Shown: positions 39,436 to 49,797, counted from the stretch's first letter. The stretch is 64,000 nt of DNA from Syntrophales bacterium (GCA_049521775.1 JBEKOL010000001.1:67514-131513); one strand, 5' to 3'. Numbers and translations are program-made. Notes: generated from the letters alone by a model not told the origin.

Positions 39436-39951
39436 ATGCCTGACATAAAGGATGCGGAAACGAAGACGAAAAGTAAGGAAAGCTGCCTGGAGATTTCCCT
39501 GCGGGCAGTCCCTTCAAAACTTCAGGTGAGCGGTGGCAGGGAGATTGCCTTCACCCGTGCAATGCTCTCGATGGTGAATACCGGCTATGCGGTATTGGCC
39601 GGTGTCGTTTCGCATGCCACGTTTGCGCAAGAACGCGGTATAGTTCATGATGCCACTGAGGCCCTCTCTCAGGCAAAGATCGTGGAATCCATACAGCCTG
39701 GAGAGACAGTCAAGTGGGACGTATATGACCTGCTGCTTGTTGCGCACCCGGGTGTGGCAAGCAAAGTTCACCTCTGGGGTCATAAGGCGTTACTTGACTG
39801 GTGGTTGGATTTTGTCGTGTGGGCGGAATACCACACTCCGGATGTCGCCATGCAGCAGCAGACACCAAAGCATAAATGGAAACTGCGTTGGAGCCCTGCT
39901 AAGTCCCGGGCGGATGAGATCGATCTGGCTCTGGTAGTCGTGAAGGACTGA
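39436..39951 (+). CDS. Hypothetical protein
   Basis: 171-aa ORF starting at an ATG. I recognise no motifs. Confidence 0.45.
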   Translation: MPDIKDAETKTKSKESCLEISLRAVPSKLQVSGGREIAFTRAMLSMVNTGYAVLAGVVSHATFAQERGIVHDATEALSQAKIVESIQPGETVKWDVYDLLLVAHPGVASKVHLWGHKALLDWWLDFVVWAEYHTPDVAMQQQTPKHKWKLRWSPAKSRADEIDLALVVVKD

Positions 39952-40134
39952 TCCCTCCACGATGTTCGCAATTGTTTGCCTTATCGACGTTCTTGGGGAA
40001 GTGATTTCGGCTTATGCCGCATAATTGATAACCTAAGCTTTCTCTTTTAAAATATGGTACAAGGGTCGGGGAAGCAGACTATGTATAACCTTATCCTTGA
40101 GACTAAGCTGTCAGATATAGCTTGGGCTGTGTAG

Positions 40135-40659
40135 ATGATGCCAGGGTATCGGAGTGAAAAAAAAGTGGATCCAGAGAAACGAATCCGTCAACTGGAACCG
40201 CGCGACAGATCCCGAATCGAAGAGATGGTTGTTTCATCGGGCAAATTCAATGATGTCGAAATAGAGACAGCGCTGGAACTGGTTGACGAGGCAATTGAAG
40301 AAGGAGATGCGAGCGGCTATATCCTGGCCGTCCTTGAATACGGAAAGGGCAATCCCGTGTTGCGGGGTTTCGCCTGTTACGGTCCGACTCCCCTGACGCA
40401 GGGTGTCTATGATCTGTACTGGATCGTAGTCGATCCGGAGGCCCAGAAGCAGGGAAATGGACGCTATCTCCTGGAACATGTCGAACGTGAAATCAAAAAG
40501 CAAGGCGGACGCATGCTCCTCATTGAGACGTCATCACAGGAATCTTACGGCGCAACCATACGGTTCTATGAGAGGAATGGGTACCAACTGGCGGCGCGCA
40601 TCAAGGATTTTTACCGAATCGGTGATGATAAGCTGGTGTTCTCGAAAGTACTGATGTGA
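40135..40659 (+). CDS. GNAT-family N-acetyltransferase
   Basis: The core is WIVVDPEAQKQGNGRYLLEHVEREIKKQGGRMLLIETSS...FYERNGY. Confidence 0.8.
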   Translation: MMPGYRSEKKVDPEKRIRQLEPRDRSRIEEMVVSSGKFNDVEIETALELVDEAIEEGDASGYILAVLEYGKGNPVLRGFACYGPTPLTQGVYDLYWIVVDPEAQKQGNGRYLLEHVEREIKKQGGRMLLIETSSQESYGATIRFYERNGYQLAARIKDFYRIGDDKLVFSKVLM

Positions 40660-40740
40660 ATGCAGTCAAACTAATTATCTGCATCGGAATCCCCGAATCT
40701 TTTTTACAACTAAATAGGAAAGAAGGCTAAAAATTAGACT

Positions 40741-41613
40741 ATGGAAAACAGACTTATCCCTTCATTTGAAGCGCCGCCGAAAAAGTTGGAACCGGCAAGG
40801 TGGTTCGTGTTTATGTCTGACAAGATGATGGTTGCAGAGGCGGGAGAGACAATCTCTGTCCCGTGTTTCACAAACCCCGCGGAGCTTGGGTTGGAACCGA
40901 TCAGGGAATGGTATCTTGGGACCATTGCCGGACGCCACTGCTATTGCGCTGAGATTTCCGAGACCGCTTCGGTTTCCGACAAGATGGCTTTTCGCGGGTT
41001 AAGGTATCTTTACGGACGCCTTGAAGAATCCCTCCATAGGATAGCAATGAAAGCAGTGCATATGATTGAGTGGGACAGGACCACAAGATATTGCGGGTAC
41101 TGCGGAATGGAAACGATCCGTGCTAGGGGCATGATCGCCAAAGAGTGCCCGTGTTGCGAATTATTGATTTTCCCCCGCATCTCTCCTGCCGTCATCGTTC
41201 TTGTAGAAAAGGAAAACAGGGTGCTTTTGGCCCGGGTTAAACGATTCACTTCAGAGTTGTACAGCGTCCTGGCGGGTTTTGTCGAACTCGGCGAAACGCT
41301 CGAAGAAGCGGTACAACGCGAGATAGAAGAAGAGGTGGGTATCAAGGTCAAGAATATCCGTTATTTCGGAAGCCAGCCATGGCCCTTCCCGGATTCCCTG
41401 ATGATAGGTTTTACCGCAGAATATGACAGCGGCGAGATCAAGATTGACGAAACGGAGATCGTTGATGCAGGCTGGTTTGATCCTGAAAGACTCCCGACCA
41501 TACCCGGGAAGATCAGTATTGCCCGAAAGCTGATAGACTGGTTCGTAGAGACGAGGTCAAAAGAAAAAGGGACATCGCAGCAAAAGGAACGAAGCTATAA
41601 TCCCAACGAGTAA
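40741..41613 (+). CDS. nudC: NADH pyrophosphatase NudC (Nudix hydrolase with zinc ribbon)
   Basis: Zinc ribbon CGYCG...CPCC, Nudix box GFVELGETLEEAVQREIEEEVGI, and the NudC-specific SQPWPFPDS. Confidence 0.85.
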   Translation: MENRLIPSFEAPPKKLEPARWFVFMSDKMMVAEAGETISVPCFTNPAELGLEPIREWYLGTIAGRHCYCAEISETASVSDKMAFRGLRYLYGRLEESLHRIAMKAVHMIEWDRTTRYCGYCGMETIRARGMIAKECPCCELLIFPRISPAVIVLVEKENRVLLARVKRFTSELYSVLAGFVELGETLEEAVQREIEEEVGIKVKNIRYFGSQPWPFPDSLMIGFTAEYDSGEIKIDETEIVDAGWFDPERLPTIPGKISIARKLIDWFVETRSKEKGTSQQKERSYNPNE

Positions 41614-41812
41614 GGTGCAGAGGCATTATTTTGGTACGGCATCGGTTCTTCAGTCTTGCCCTTTATCGCAAAGTATGACGGGAAATAAGTGATAGCTCCG
41701 CGCTCATAATTAAGGTGTTTTCCTAACAAAAAAATAGCGGAATTACCCACTAAGAATATGTTATAATACAGGTAGAGGTCGGACCAATTAAATTAATGAT
41801 GGAAGATGACAT

Positions 41813-42193
41813 ATGAAAAGTTCTATTAAGGCCGCCCTATTATCAGGCTTTGTGTTTCCCGGCTTGGGTCAGATTTATCTCAAGAGGTACACGCGGGGTC
41901 TCACAATTCTGATACTTGTACTATCGGCGCTCTGCATAATTATCGGAACAGTGGTTGCCAGCGCCCTGGAGAGTCTTAAGGCAATTCAGAGTGGAGGCGG
42001 AATCGCTGACATGCAGACAGTCTCTAATCTCGCCAGGATTGATTCCGTTCATAGTGCGATTAATCTTAACTTTATCCTATTATTTGTTTTATGTTGTTGG
42101 CTCTTTTCTGTGTTAGACGCCTATAGAATAGGGGAAAAAGGCCTTCCTGGCATTGACGATGAAAAAGAGCTCCCGGCGAAACCTGACCAATAG
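41813..42193 (+). CDS. Small membrane protein
   Basis: 126-aa ORF with GFVFPGLGQIYLKRYTRG followed by two or three TM helices. Confidence 0.5.
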   Translation: MKSSIKAALLSGFVFPGLGQIYLKRYTRGLTILILVLSALCIIIGTVVASALESLKAIQSGGGIADMQTVSNLARIDSVHSAINLNFILLFVLCCWLFSVLDAYRIGEKGLPGIDDEKELPAKPDQ

Positions 42194-42332
42194 AGTCAGT
42201 TAAATGAGAAGTCAACGGCGTCTTCCTGAAGGCATACAGGAAGACAGGCTTGCACAGACAAACTTTCTCAACCATTATCTTTTATAAACGATAGAAAAGT
42301 CAAATCGAGGAAACTTTCAAGGAGTATGTAAA

Positions 42333-42713
42333 ATGTTACCCATCGCAACATACGAAACCTATCAGGATGGCCAGATTATTATTGAGGAAGGGAGTCATGG
42401 TGATTGGATATATACGATTGAATCCGGTGCTGTGGAACTGTCCAAGGCAGTTAAAGGAGGCAGGGCCGTAATCGCGGTATTACAGTCCGGTGATATCTTC
42501 GGAGAAATAGCCTTTCTTGCCCGCATCCCCAGAACTGCCACAGCACGGGCAGTGGGAGAAACAACCGTCGGGCTCATCGACCGCGCTTTCTTAGACCCGG
42601 AATACAACAAGTTGTCACAATATTTTCAGGTAATCTTAAGAACACTCTCCCTAAGGCTTAAAAGGGCGACAGAACTACTCGTAGAAAACAATATTTTCAA
42701 AGTTGACTCCTGA
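42333..42713 (+). CDS. Stand-alone cyclic-nucleotide-binding domain protein
   Basis: cNMP-binding fold with GDIFGEIAFLARIPRTATARA (the phosphate-binding cassette). Confidence 0.75.
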   Translation: MLPIATYETYQDGQIIIEEGSHGDWIYTIESGAVELSKAVKGGRAVIAVLQSGDIFGEIAFLARIPRTATARAVGETTVGLIDRAFLDPEYNKLSQYFQVILRTLSLRLKRATELLVENNIFKVDS

Positions 42714-42953
42714 TATTCCGCAAACCAGAGTAAGAGACCTACCGACTTTCGAACACTTCCTGAATCCGCGGCCACAGGGCTGCGCCTATATTAGACTGCC
42801 AGAGAGCAATCAAGCAGCTTAAATTGGCCCTCATATTCAGGGAGACGCAAGAAACAAAGAACATGAAGAGAAATTTTAAATTCACCTTTCCGCAAACGCC
42901 ACCCATACAGGTTCCAGAGGATAATCGTTGACCGACCTTGAGAGGCTGAATTA

Positions 42954-44657
42954 ATGAACTGGCAAGCTTTATTCAATATCAAGCGCACCGTTCTAATCAT
43001 GATACCGTTGCTCCAGTTCACCATGAGCCCTGCCTTCGCTGAAGTAAAGATCTTTGAAAAAAAATACATCTATCGGGCGAGTGAACCGGACAACGAAGCA
43101 TCCTCAAAGGCCATCGGCCGTGCACAGGCAGAAGGGTTTCTATATAGTGATTTGGGGAATTATCTCATAGAGCATACGGAGGCAAAGCTGTTTCTCCTCG
43201 GCCCAAAAGAGATCCGAGCTCTTGTATCAGCGCTGGTTAGGGCGGAGACGATTTCAGAGAGTCAGGATGGCAAATCTTTTTCTTTCAGTGCAAAAATAGC
43301 GACTGATCCACCGGCCCTTGTGAGGGCTCTGAATTCACTCCGCAAGGATTCTCAAAGGAACAGTGACCTAGTGCAGATCGGAAGAGAGGTGGAAGCGGCG
43401 CTTATAAAGATCGACGGTCTGCGAAAGAAACTCTCATCCAAAGGCTCCGATGCGCTGGTGGAAAAACAATATCGCCGCGCTGTCGATGATCTCATTGCCT
43501 GGAACTTATGCCTCGAGGGATATAGGCTGCTCATCTCGGATAAAGAACGAGAAGCAGCAGAGGCCTTCACGAAGACCATTGAACTTCAGAAAGAAGAAAG
43601 GTTCTTCTACCTTTGCCGGGAGAGGATTTTTGAGAAAATAGGCGACTACCAAAAAGCCAAGGCGGATTTGGACAGGCTCATTGAACTGAGTCCTCGGGAA
43701 GATGCCATGTACCTCAAGCGTGCCGCTCTCGAGGAAAAAATGGGAAACCTTGATAAGGCGCTGGAGGATTGCACAAGGGCTGTCGATATCAACTCCCGAT
43801 CTTCCGAGGCCTACTATCAGCGGGGCAGGATCTATGAGAAAACCCGCAACCTTCCCCTTGCCATCAATGATTATCACCGTGCTATCGAAAAGAGTGAGAA
43901 ACATCCGCAGGCCAGAGCAAGCCTTGCCCAAGCCTACCAGAAACTGGGAAAGAGGGATACGCCCAAGGAGTACTATGACAGTCTTATCACACATAATCCG
44001 AAACAGATGAGCGCCTATTATGGCCGCGGCGTGGCTGAGTGGGCGGCCGGCTGCTATGAGAAGGCAATCAAGGACTATGATGCCGTTCTGGAATTGAATC
44101 CACGGGATGAAAGGGCATATCTGCTCCGGTCGATTGCTTACGGCCGTCTGAGCAATTATAAGAAGGCGCTATATGATTACCAGAAGGCCTTAGAGACAAA
44201 CCCGCGTGAAATCCTCAACTACGGTTCCCTCGCTAAGTTTTACGGAGACGAAGAAAACTATGCGAGGGCCATTCGCGAATTCAGAAAAATAAAGGAGATG
44301 AAACCCGCCGATGCTACGGGCTACCTCTACCGTGGGATAGCCTTCTGGGAAGTGGGCGAGTACGAAAGGGCAATCGAGGATTTCAACAAGGTCATGATAC
44401 TGGCCCCAAAAGACACGAAGCCTTACCTCTACCGGGGTATAGCCTATGGGAAACTGGGGAATTTTTCGCAGACACTTGAGTATTGCAGTATGGCGATAGC
44501 CATTAATAGGAAAGATGCCATGGCTTACTACATCCGTGCACGGGCGTACGAGGAACTATGGGCCTTTGATGAATCCCTCCAGGACATGAAATCCGCAGCG
44601 TGGCTGGGACTCAAAGCGGCACAGGATTATCTGACGCGCGAGGAATTCAAAAGGTGA
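42954..44657 (+). CDS. Secreted TPR-repeat protein
   Basis: Signal peptide ending SPAFAEV, followed by at least 8 TPR-like 34-aa repeats (AYYxRGxxY... pattern). Confidence 0.75.
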   Translation: MNWQALFNIKRTVLIMIPLLQFTMSPAFAEVKIFEKKYIYRASEPDNEASSKAIGRAQAEGFLYSDLGNYLIEHTEAKLFLLGPKEIRALVSALVRAETISESQDGKSFSFSAKIATDPPALVRALNSLRKDSQRNSDLVQIGREVEAALIKIDGLRKKLSSKGSDALVEKQYRRAVDDLIAWNLCLEGYRLLISDKEREAAEAFTKTIELQKEERFFYLCRERIFEKIGDYQKAKADLDRLIELSPREDAMYLKRAALEEKMGNLDKALEDCTRAVDINSRSSEAYYQRGRIYEKTRNLPLAINDYHRAIEKSEKHPQARASLAQAYQKLGKRDTPKEYYDSLITHNPKQMSAYYGRGVAEWAAGCYEKAIKDYDAVLELNPRDERAYLLRSIAYGRLSNYKKALYDYQKALETNPREILNYGSLAKFYGDEENYARAIREFRKIKEMKPADATGYLYRGIAFWEVGEYERAIEDFNKVMILAPKDTKPYLYRGIAYGKLGNFSQTLEYCSMAIAINRKDAMAYYIRARAYEELWAFDESLQDMKSAAWLGLKAAQDYLTREEFKR

Positions 44658-44685
44658 AGGCGAAATATTGCAGTTTTATCGGCGC

Positions 44686-45477
44686 CTACATTACTCCCTT
44701 ATACCAACCGCCATCGATCTGAATGGCAGCGCCCGTGATATAGCCGGCGGCCTCTGAGGCAAGGAATGCAACCAAGCCGGCTAATTCTTCCGGCTTGCCC
44801 AGACGCCCCATAGGAATTTCAGCCTCCCATCTCTTAATAATCGCTTCCGGTGTGGTACCCTCTCTGGCAGCTATTGCCTCAGAGACATTGCGAACCCGCT
44901 CCGTCATGGTATAGCCGGGACACACGCTGTTCACGGTTATATTGAACTGCGCCAGCTCGTTGGACAGACTCTTGGCAAACCCAATGACTCCTGCACGAAT
45001 TGTATTGGACAGGATAAGGCCATCGATTGGCTGCTTGACGGAGATGGAGGTCATATTGACGATGCGCCCCCAGCGCTTGGCTTTCATCACCGGCACAGCC
45101 TCACGTGTCATGACAATCGTAGACAAGAGGTTGAGGTGGAAACCAAATTCCCAGAGTTTGTCATCTATATCGAAAAACTCTTTCGATGGCGGCCCCCCGG
45201 CATTGTTGACTAAAATATCCAGCGTCCCATAATGATCCACGGAGCTGCGAACAAACTTCTTTGCCTGTTCGGCATCGCTCACATCGGCAGCAATGGCAAT
45301 GACCTGCCCTCCCGTTTCTTTTATAATCTCCTCCTTCGCCTCCGGGAGAGAGGGATCGTCCAGGGCGCATATGGCAACGCGTGCGCCTTCTCTCGACAGC
45401 CTCTTTGCTACAGACAGCCCGAGCCCCGTGCTTCCTCCGGCCACCAGGGCCACTTTATTCTTCAATCCCAAATCCAT
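44686..45477 (-). CDS. SDR-family oxidoreductase (FabG-like)
   Basis: VAGGSTGLGLSVA (TGxxxGxG motif), NNAG, and the C-terminal ITGAAIQIDGG. Confidence 0.85.
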   Translation of the reverse strand: MDLGLKNKVALVAGGSTGLGLSVAKRLSREGARVAICALDDPSLPEAKEEIIKETGGQVIAIAADVSDAEQAKKFVRSSVDHYGTLDILVNNAGGPPSKEFFDIDDKLWEFGFHLNLLSTIVMTREAVPVMKAKRWGRIVNMTSISVKQPIDGLILSNTIRAGVIGFAKSLSNELAQFNITVNSVCPGYTMTERVRNVSEAIAAREGTTPEAIIKRWEAEIPMGRLGKPEELAGLVAFLASEAAGYITGAAIQIDGGWYKGVM

Positions 45478-45702
45478 ATCTTCCTCCTTGATCGGCGTTG
45501 GTCGTATTTTTTCTTCACCTTTACCGGTATTTCTTCTTCGTCTTTAGCCGCCTGCTCTTTAGCCTTTACCACATTTTAGGTTAGAGTTCTGCCGTTTTCC
45601 TTACTCTAATGCACATACGACAATGCCCAAAACAGCTACATGCCTTATCCTAAATTGCATTTACTCCTCCCTTTTATAGCTTTGCGACTGCAGTAAACGA
45701 TT

Positions 45703-46434
45703 TTACTTTTCCTGAAATGCAGCGGATGCCTTCTTCAGAAGAAATTCCTGAAAGGCCTTGTCATGTTCGACACAAAAAGCCTCCTCGAAACCTCGATTCG
45801 CGTGATCCAGCATATATGTCTTGATGAAACGAAGGGCCGACATGGGAGCCTCCAGAATTGCAGCGGCCATCTCTCTTGCTCGCTCCAGCAATTTATTTCC
45901 GTCGGTAACCTCGCTGACCAGACCTGCGCGATGGGCCTCTGCGGCGTCGATCCTTCTGCCCGTGAGGCAGAGGTCGCGGGCCAGTCCTTCACCTATAATC
46001 CAGCGAAGAGGAGTTAAGAGCGGAGGAATTCCGAATTTTATCTCCGGATGACCGAAGAGGGCGGTTTTTGAGCATAATCTGATGTCGCAAAGTTTTGCAA
46101 GATCAAACCCGCCAGCTAGAGCCGGTCCATTCACCGCGGCGATCGTCGGCTTGGGAAAATACCAGATATCCCTGTGATACCTTGCCGACGTTTCGTAAAT
46201 TTCATTATATAGGGTCGGTTGTTTGAATTCGCCGAGATCAAAGCCGGCGCTGAACGCCTCGCCGTTCCCGGTCAAGATTACGGCGCCCACCGTTTCGGAT
46301 TCCCGCCAATCTTTCAGACATGTGGATATCTCACGACGCATCTCAATAGAGATTGCATTCCGTCTCTCGGGGCGATTCAAGCAGATCATGCCGATTCTGC
46401 CCTGTACGTCGGACTTTATAGCCCTGAACTCCAT
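45703..46434 (-). CDS. Enoyl-CoA hydratase/isomerase (crotonase) family protein
   Basis: LNRPERRNAIS, FSAGFDL and AAVNGPALAGG are crotonase oxyanion-hole motifs. Confidence 0.85.
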   Translation of the reverse strand: MEFRAIKSDVQGRIGMICLNRPERRNAISIEMRREISTCLKDWRESETVGAVILTGNGEAFSAGFDLGEFKQPTLYNEIYETSARYHRDIWYFPKPTIAAVNGPALAGGFDLAKLCDIRLCSKTALFGHPEIKFGIPPLLTPLRWIIGEGLARDLCLTGRRIDAAEAHRAGLVSEVTDGNKLLERAREMAAAILEAPMSALRFIKTYMLDHANRGFEEAFCVEHDKAFQEFLLKKASAAFQEK

Positions 46435-46638
46435 AGTGTTCCTCCTTCAAAAAATCACCTGTTGAAATGTGAGTCCGCTTCACGGGAAAGGGAATCTATA
46501 TCTGCCACAAGAACCTAAAAAAACGAACCGTCTATCGACTCTTTCTTGTTACGCTTCTATAAACCGGTACTAAATGATAATAGAGACATTCAGCACACTG
46601 TTTGTTTTTACGGGAGATAATCGAGGCCCTGTAAGTCT

Positions 46639-47532
46639 TCATGTACGAAGGTGCCGATCATTCCTGAGATCTCTAACCCTCCTGACTATTAGGCGACAGC
46701 AACCAAGAATATTCTCCTCCGTATAAAGGGTGAGCTCGTCACGATAATATTCTCTGAATATGTCCCGGACGACAGCTTCGTCGTCTCGCTTATCGTGGAG
46801 GATGCGAGCCATGACACCCTGAGCGGCTTCGCGTGCCTCTTGAAGCGTCTTTTTTATTTCCGGCCCTTGTATGATGTAGTTATGGGCAAGTCCGAGGATT
46901 TCCGGCTTGAGGCTTTCTATGCTATCTATTGTCGCCATGTAATCGGCATATCCGGTAAAGAAGATGGGGAAGAACCCCAGCCCTGATAAACGGTATCCCA
47001 AGCTGTCAGACGCCAATACGGCGCTTAAGACCGGGATGTGTATGAGGATATTGCCGGGTGAATGACCTCTCGCATCCATAAAACGAATCTTCGCTTCTCC
47101 GAGATCAAGCTCATCCGCGTCGGTCATGACTTTGCAGCCGGATAGCGAAGGGGCGCACCGGATAGAGGGCCGGCTGGAAACGAGACCGCGATCCAACATG
47201 AAAGAAGACATATGCCGGTCTTCCTGGATCAGCGATTGAACCGTCTTCGGATGCTCGAGAAATGCCGCCGCACCTTGTCCTGCCATGACAACGGACTGAG
47301 GGAAGGCCTGTCTTAAGACATCAAGACCCCCGATATGATCAATGTGGGGATGGGTGACGATCAGATAGTCAGGCGTCACGCCTAATGATGACAGTTGCGA
47401 GATAATAGTATCAGCCATAGCTGAAATACCCATTTCAACCAAGGCTGATGCATTTTTCCCTCTTATCAAATAGATGTGAAAGTAGGAATGGCCCAGAATA
47501 AATAGGCCCTTATCCCAGGATAGTGGGTACAT
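46639..47532 (-). CDS. MBL-fold metallo-hydrolase
   Basis: THPHIDHIGG matches the HxHxDH motif. ARGHSPGN lies downstream. Confidence 0.8.
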   Translation of the reverse strand: MYPLSWDKGLFILGHSYFHIYLIRGKNASALVEMGISAMADTIISQLSSLGVTPDYLIVTHPHIDHIGGLDVLRQAFPQSVVMAGQGAAAFLEHPKTVQSLIQEDRHMSSFMLDRGLVSSRPSIRCAPSLSGCKVMTDADELDLGEAKIRFMDARGHSPGNILIHIPVLSAVLASDSLGYRLSGLGFFPIFFTGYADYMATIDSIESLKPEILGLAHNYIIQGPEIKKTLQEAREAAQGVMARILHDKRDDEAVVRDIFREYYRDELTLYTEENILGCCRLIVRRVRDLRNDRHLRT

Positions 47533-47752
47533 ATTTCATCCGTGTGTATTTGTCATCTTAGCAATCTCTGTGGCACGCTGTTCTCTACCACATTTTGCAA
47601 AAGAGTTCCGCCATTTTTTGGCCATGTCAATGCAGGGCCGGTGAAGCTGATTCGCTGCAACGGCCCGCAGTCCTCAGGATATACGGCAAGGCAAAGACCA
47701 TATTGTTCTATATGCCAAAATACAAATATTGTTTACTCAGGATGCGCAACGA

Positions 47753-47792
47753 TTCAAAAAGAGAGCCGCCTCACCGGAAGGCGAGACGGCTC
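47753..47792 (-). terminator. Rho-independent terminator downstream of the Cache gene
   Basis: An imperfect GC-rich hairpin (GAGCCGCCTCACC / GGCGAGACGGCTC with a GGAA loop, 47763-47792). On the minus strand it is followed by TCTTTTT. Confidence 0.55.
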
Positions 47793-47849
47793 GGAGACTG
47801 TCTGTCGATAGTTTTTAGATTCTATATTATTTTGGAGGAAGGCGGAAAA

Positions 47850-48260
47850 TTACAACAGATCCTGCCACATTTCTGCGTAAACACCGCTGCAGATGATCAC
47901 GTCATCAACCTTCTCAAAATAGACGTGCTTCACCAAGTCTTCTTTAGTAACCGGGTTATACCATTTGTAATCGACAAAGCCGTTGCCTTTTGTGTTGGCG
48001 ACTTCGACGATCTCCCTGATAAAGCTCCTGCCATCGGAATCTTTAACGTCACAGAAGTCCATGCCTATATATTTTTCGTTGACTCCATGTGCCAGCATCG
48101 TCCCTTTCAGATTCAACACGAAAACATACTGTTCGCCCTCTACAAAGGGTCCCTTCGGATTTGTGAACTCTGCCATAGCAACCGCTTTACCGGCTTTCTT
48201 ATAAAATGCTATTGCCTTCTTCACGAACTGTTTCGCCTCTTCCCCTGCTGCTCCGTACAT
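47850..48260 (-). CDS. Stand-alone single-Cache (sCache_2-like) domain protein
   Basis: 136-aa ORF. YVFVLNLKGTMLAHG...DSDGRSFIREIVEVANTKGNGFVDYKWYNP fits the Cache pattern. There is no TM segment or output domain. Confidence 0.65.
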   Translation of the reverse strand: MYGAAGEEAKQFVKKAIAFYKKAGKAVAMAEFTNPKGPFVEGEQYVFVLNLKGTMLAHGVNEKYIGMDFCDVKDSDGRSFIREIVEVANTKGNGFVDYKWYNPVTKEDLVKHVYFEKVDDVIICSGVYAEMWQDLL

Positions 48261-48430
48261 AAGCCCCTCCTTCTTTAATTAGTTTTTGCCCGGTCAATTT
48301 CAAAATCAGCCGGGTTATAGATTTAAGCCTATTAACTTTTACGCAGGATACTAATATAGTATGATTTTTGACAATTGCAATTGCGAAAAACCTGGGAAGG
48401 GTATGAGGGAAAACCTCAATTTGCTGTAAG

Positions 48431-49046
48431 CTAAAGGAGCAGATTTAATTCTTTGATGATCCTGTCGCTCGTGGTCTTTATAATCCATGAGCGCATTACT
48501 GCGAGCGCCTGTTCATAGAGATCCGTACTCCATGATCCCGCTGCGTCTTCCGGCACGATCACCCGATAACCTGCATCGACCGCGCCGATACAGGTGGAAA
48601 TGACACAGTGGTTCGTGTACATTCCCGTCGCAACTATTGTTTTAATCCCCCTCTGCCCTGAGACATGATCGATTATGGAAGAATTAAATGCCCTCTAGGC
48701 CGTCTTGCTCCTAACAGGCTCATTAGGCAGCGGAGAGATAGCCGGCATGATCACATACCCGGGATCGTCTCACAGAAACGATTGCGGGAAACCCCAGTTT
48801 CTCCCTTCATTTCCTGTTCCATAAGCAGACATAGAGAACGAGGTCGGAGCCGTCTTCCGTGAGAGAACCGAAGGCCGTAAACGCGACACAGGCCCCGGCT
48901 CCCCGGAATGCTGAAAGCAATCTCCCGATAACCGGAACGACTTCCTTTCCCCCTCAGCCTACTTGATACACCTGCATGTCGATTATCGGAAGGGCTGTAT
49001 CCGTTTTGCCCTTTATCAATACATTTCCCACAGTGTTTTTGGCCAT
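48431..49046 (-). pseudogene. Isochorismatase-family (cysteine hydrolase) pseudogene
   Basis: My translation from the ATG at 49046 gives MAKNTVGNVLIKGKTDTALPIIDMQVYQVG-TGA-GGKEVVPVIGRLLSAFRGAGACVAFTAF..., followed by at least two frame changes. The sequence ...NRFCETIPG / YVIMPAISPLPNEPVRSKTA-TAG-RAFNSSIIDHVSGQRGIKTIVATGMYTNHCVISTCIGAVDAGYRVIV retains family motifs, but across three frames and with in-frame stops. Confidence 0.7.
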
Positions 49047-49083
49047 GTGTGTATCCATATTTCTTGAAACGCACGACGGGGCC

Positions 49084-49500
49084 TTATTTAAGAGGCCATT
49101 CTCCCCGTTCTTTAAGAACGTCCCGATAAACTTCGAGGGCCTCATTAACGGCGGGCATGCCGGCATAGGTCGCAACCTGGAAAAAAATCTCCGCCAGTTT
49201 CTTGGGATCACAACCCACATTCAGCGCCGCATTCACGTGAAGCTTAAGTTCTCCCGTTGCCCTTAGAGCCGCGAGCATGGCGCAAGCAGCCATCTGCCTT
49301 TCAGGAAGGGTCAAAACTGTCCGCGAATAAAGGTTGCCCGTTATGAAACGGGAGAAGTCATTGGCAAGGTTCCTGTCAAACTCACGCCACATCAGATAAG
49401 GCGGATTCATCTTGATCCCTTTGCCAAAAAGGGTATTCGCTGTTTCCTGGGTTCTTTTTTTTATTTCGTCGCTCATGATATCATTCCTTAAATCTTTCAT
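49084..49500 (-). CDS. Carboxymuconolactone decarboxylase (CMD/AhpD-like) family protein
   Basis: 138-aa ORF. LPERQMAACAMLAALRATGELKLHVNAALNVGCDPKKLAEIFFQVATYAGMPA is a typical CMD-domain pattern. Its ATG overlaps the stop of the upstream zinc-finger ORF. Confidence 0.7.
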   Translation of the reverse strand: MKDLRNDIMSDEIKKRTQETANTLFGKGIKMNPPYLMWREFDRNLANDFSRFITGNLYSRTVLTLPERQMAACAMLAALRATGELKLHVNAALNVGCDPKKLAEIFFQVATYAGMPAVNEALEVYRDVLKERGEWPLK

Positions 49501-49721
49501 TCATGGTCATCATTAAGCTTGCCGCCGTAAGGGTTTACCTTAATGTCATCAAAGCAGTTGTGGCAGAACACTTTTGTATCAACGTGGCCGCAACCATAAC
49601 CCCAAAGGTCAAATTTGCGGCAATCTACGCAGAGAGGGATCTGGCAGCCATCACAGAAGATGACGGCAGGAATATTCCCGCAAAGTGTGCAGGCAACGCC
49701 TGTTTCTGTTACGACGATCAT
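49497..49721 (-). CDS. Small B-box-like zinc-finger protein
   Basis: 74-aa ORF with ligand spacing C11-x2-C14-x8-C23-x2-C26-x4-C31-x2-C34, then C44-x-H46 and C53-H54-x-C56. Its local sequence AVIFCDGCQIPLCVDC follows the same pattern as the CONSTANS-type B-box motif VYCxADxAxLCxxC. Confidence 0.6.
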   Translation of the reverse strand: MIVVTETGVACTLCGNIPAVIFCDGCQIPLCVDCRKFDLWGYGCGHVDTKVFCHNCFDDIKVNPYGGKLNDDHE

Positions 49722-49797
49722 GGAGTATCAAGCTAACACATGCGATAAAAAGTGACAAGATGAAACGGGAGGACATTTCATCAGCTTGCGCGAAAAT

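Noticed and set aside
47536-47625. 29-codon Lys/Arg-rich minus-strand micro-ORF ending 4 nt before the MBL hydrolase start
   Set aside because: It has no RBS, no conservation evidence and an arbitrary composition. That is not enough to call a leader peptide.
47595-48278. 227-aa plus-strand ORF
   Set aside because: It is antisense to the Cache-domain gene, which has recognisable family features and its own terminator. The plus-strand product has no motifs.
48954-48956. In-frame TGA after IIDMQVYQVG in the isochorismatase frame as a selenocysteine codon
   Set aside because: The position is not a catalytic Cys site of the family. The same gene has further stops and frame changes. I saw no SECIS-like hairpin immediately downstream.
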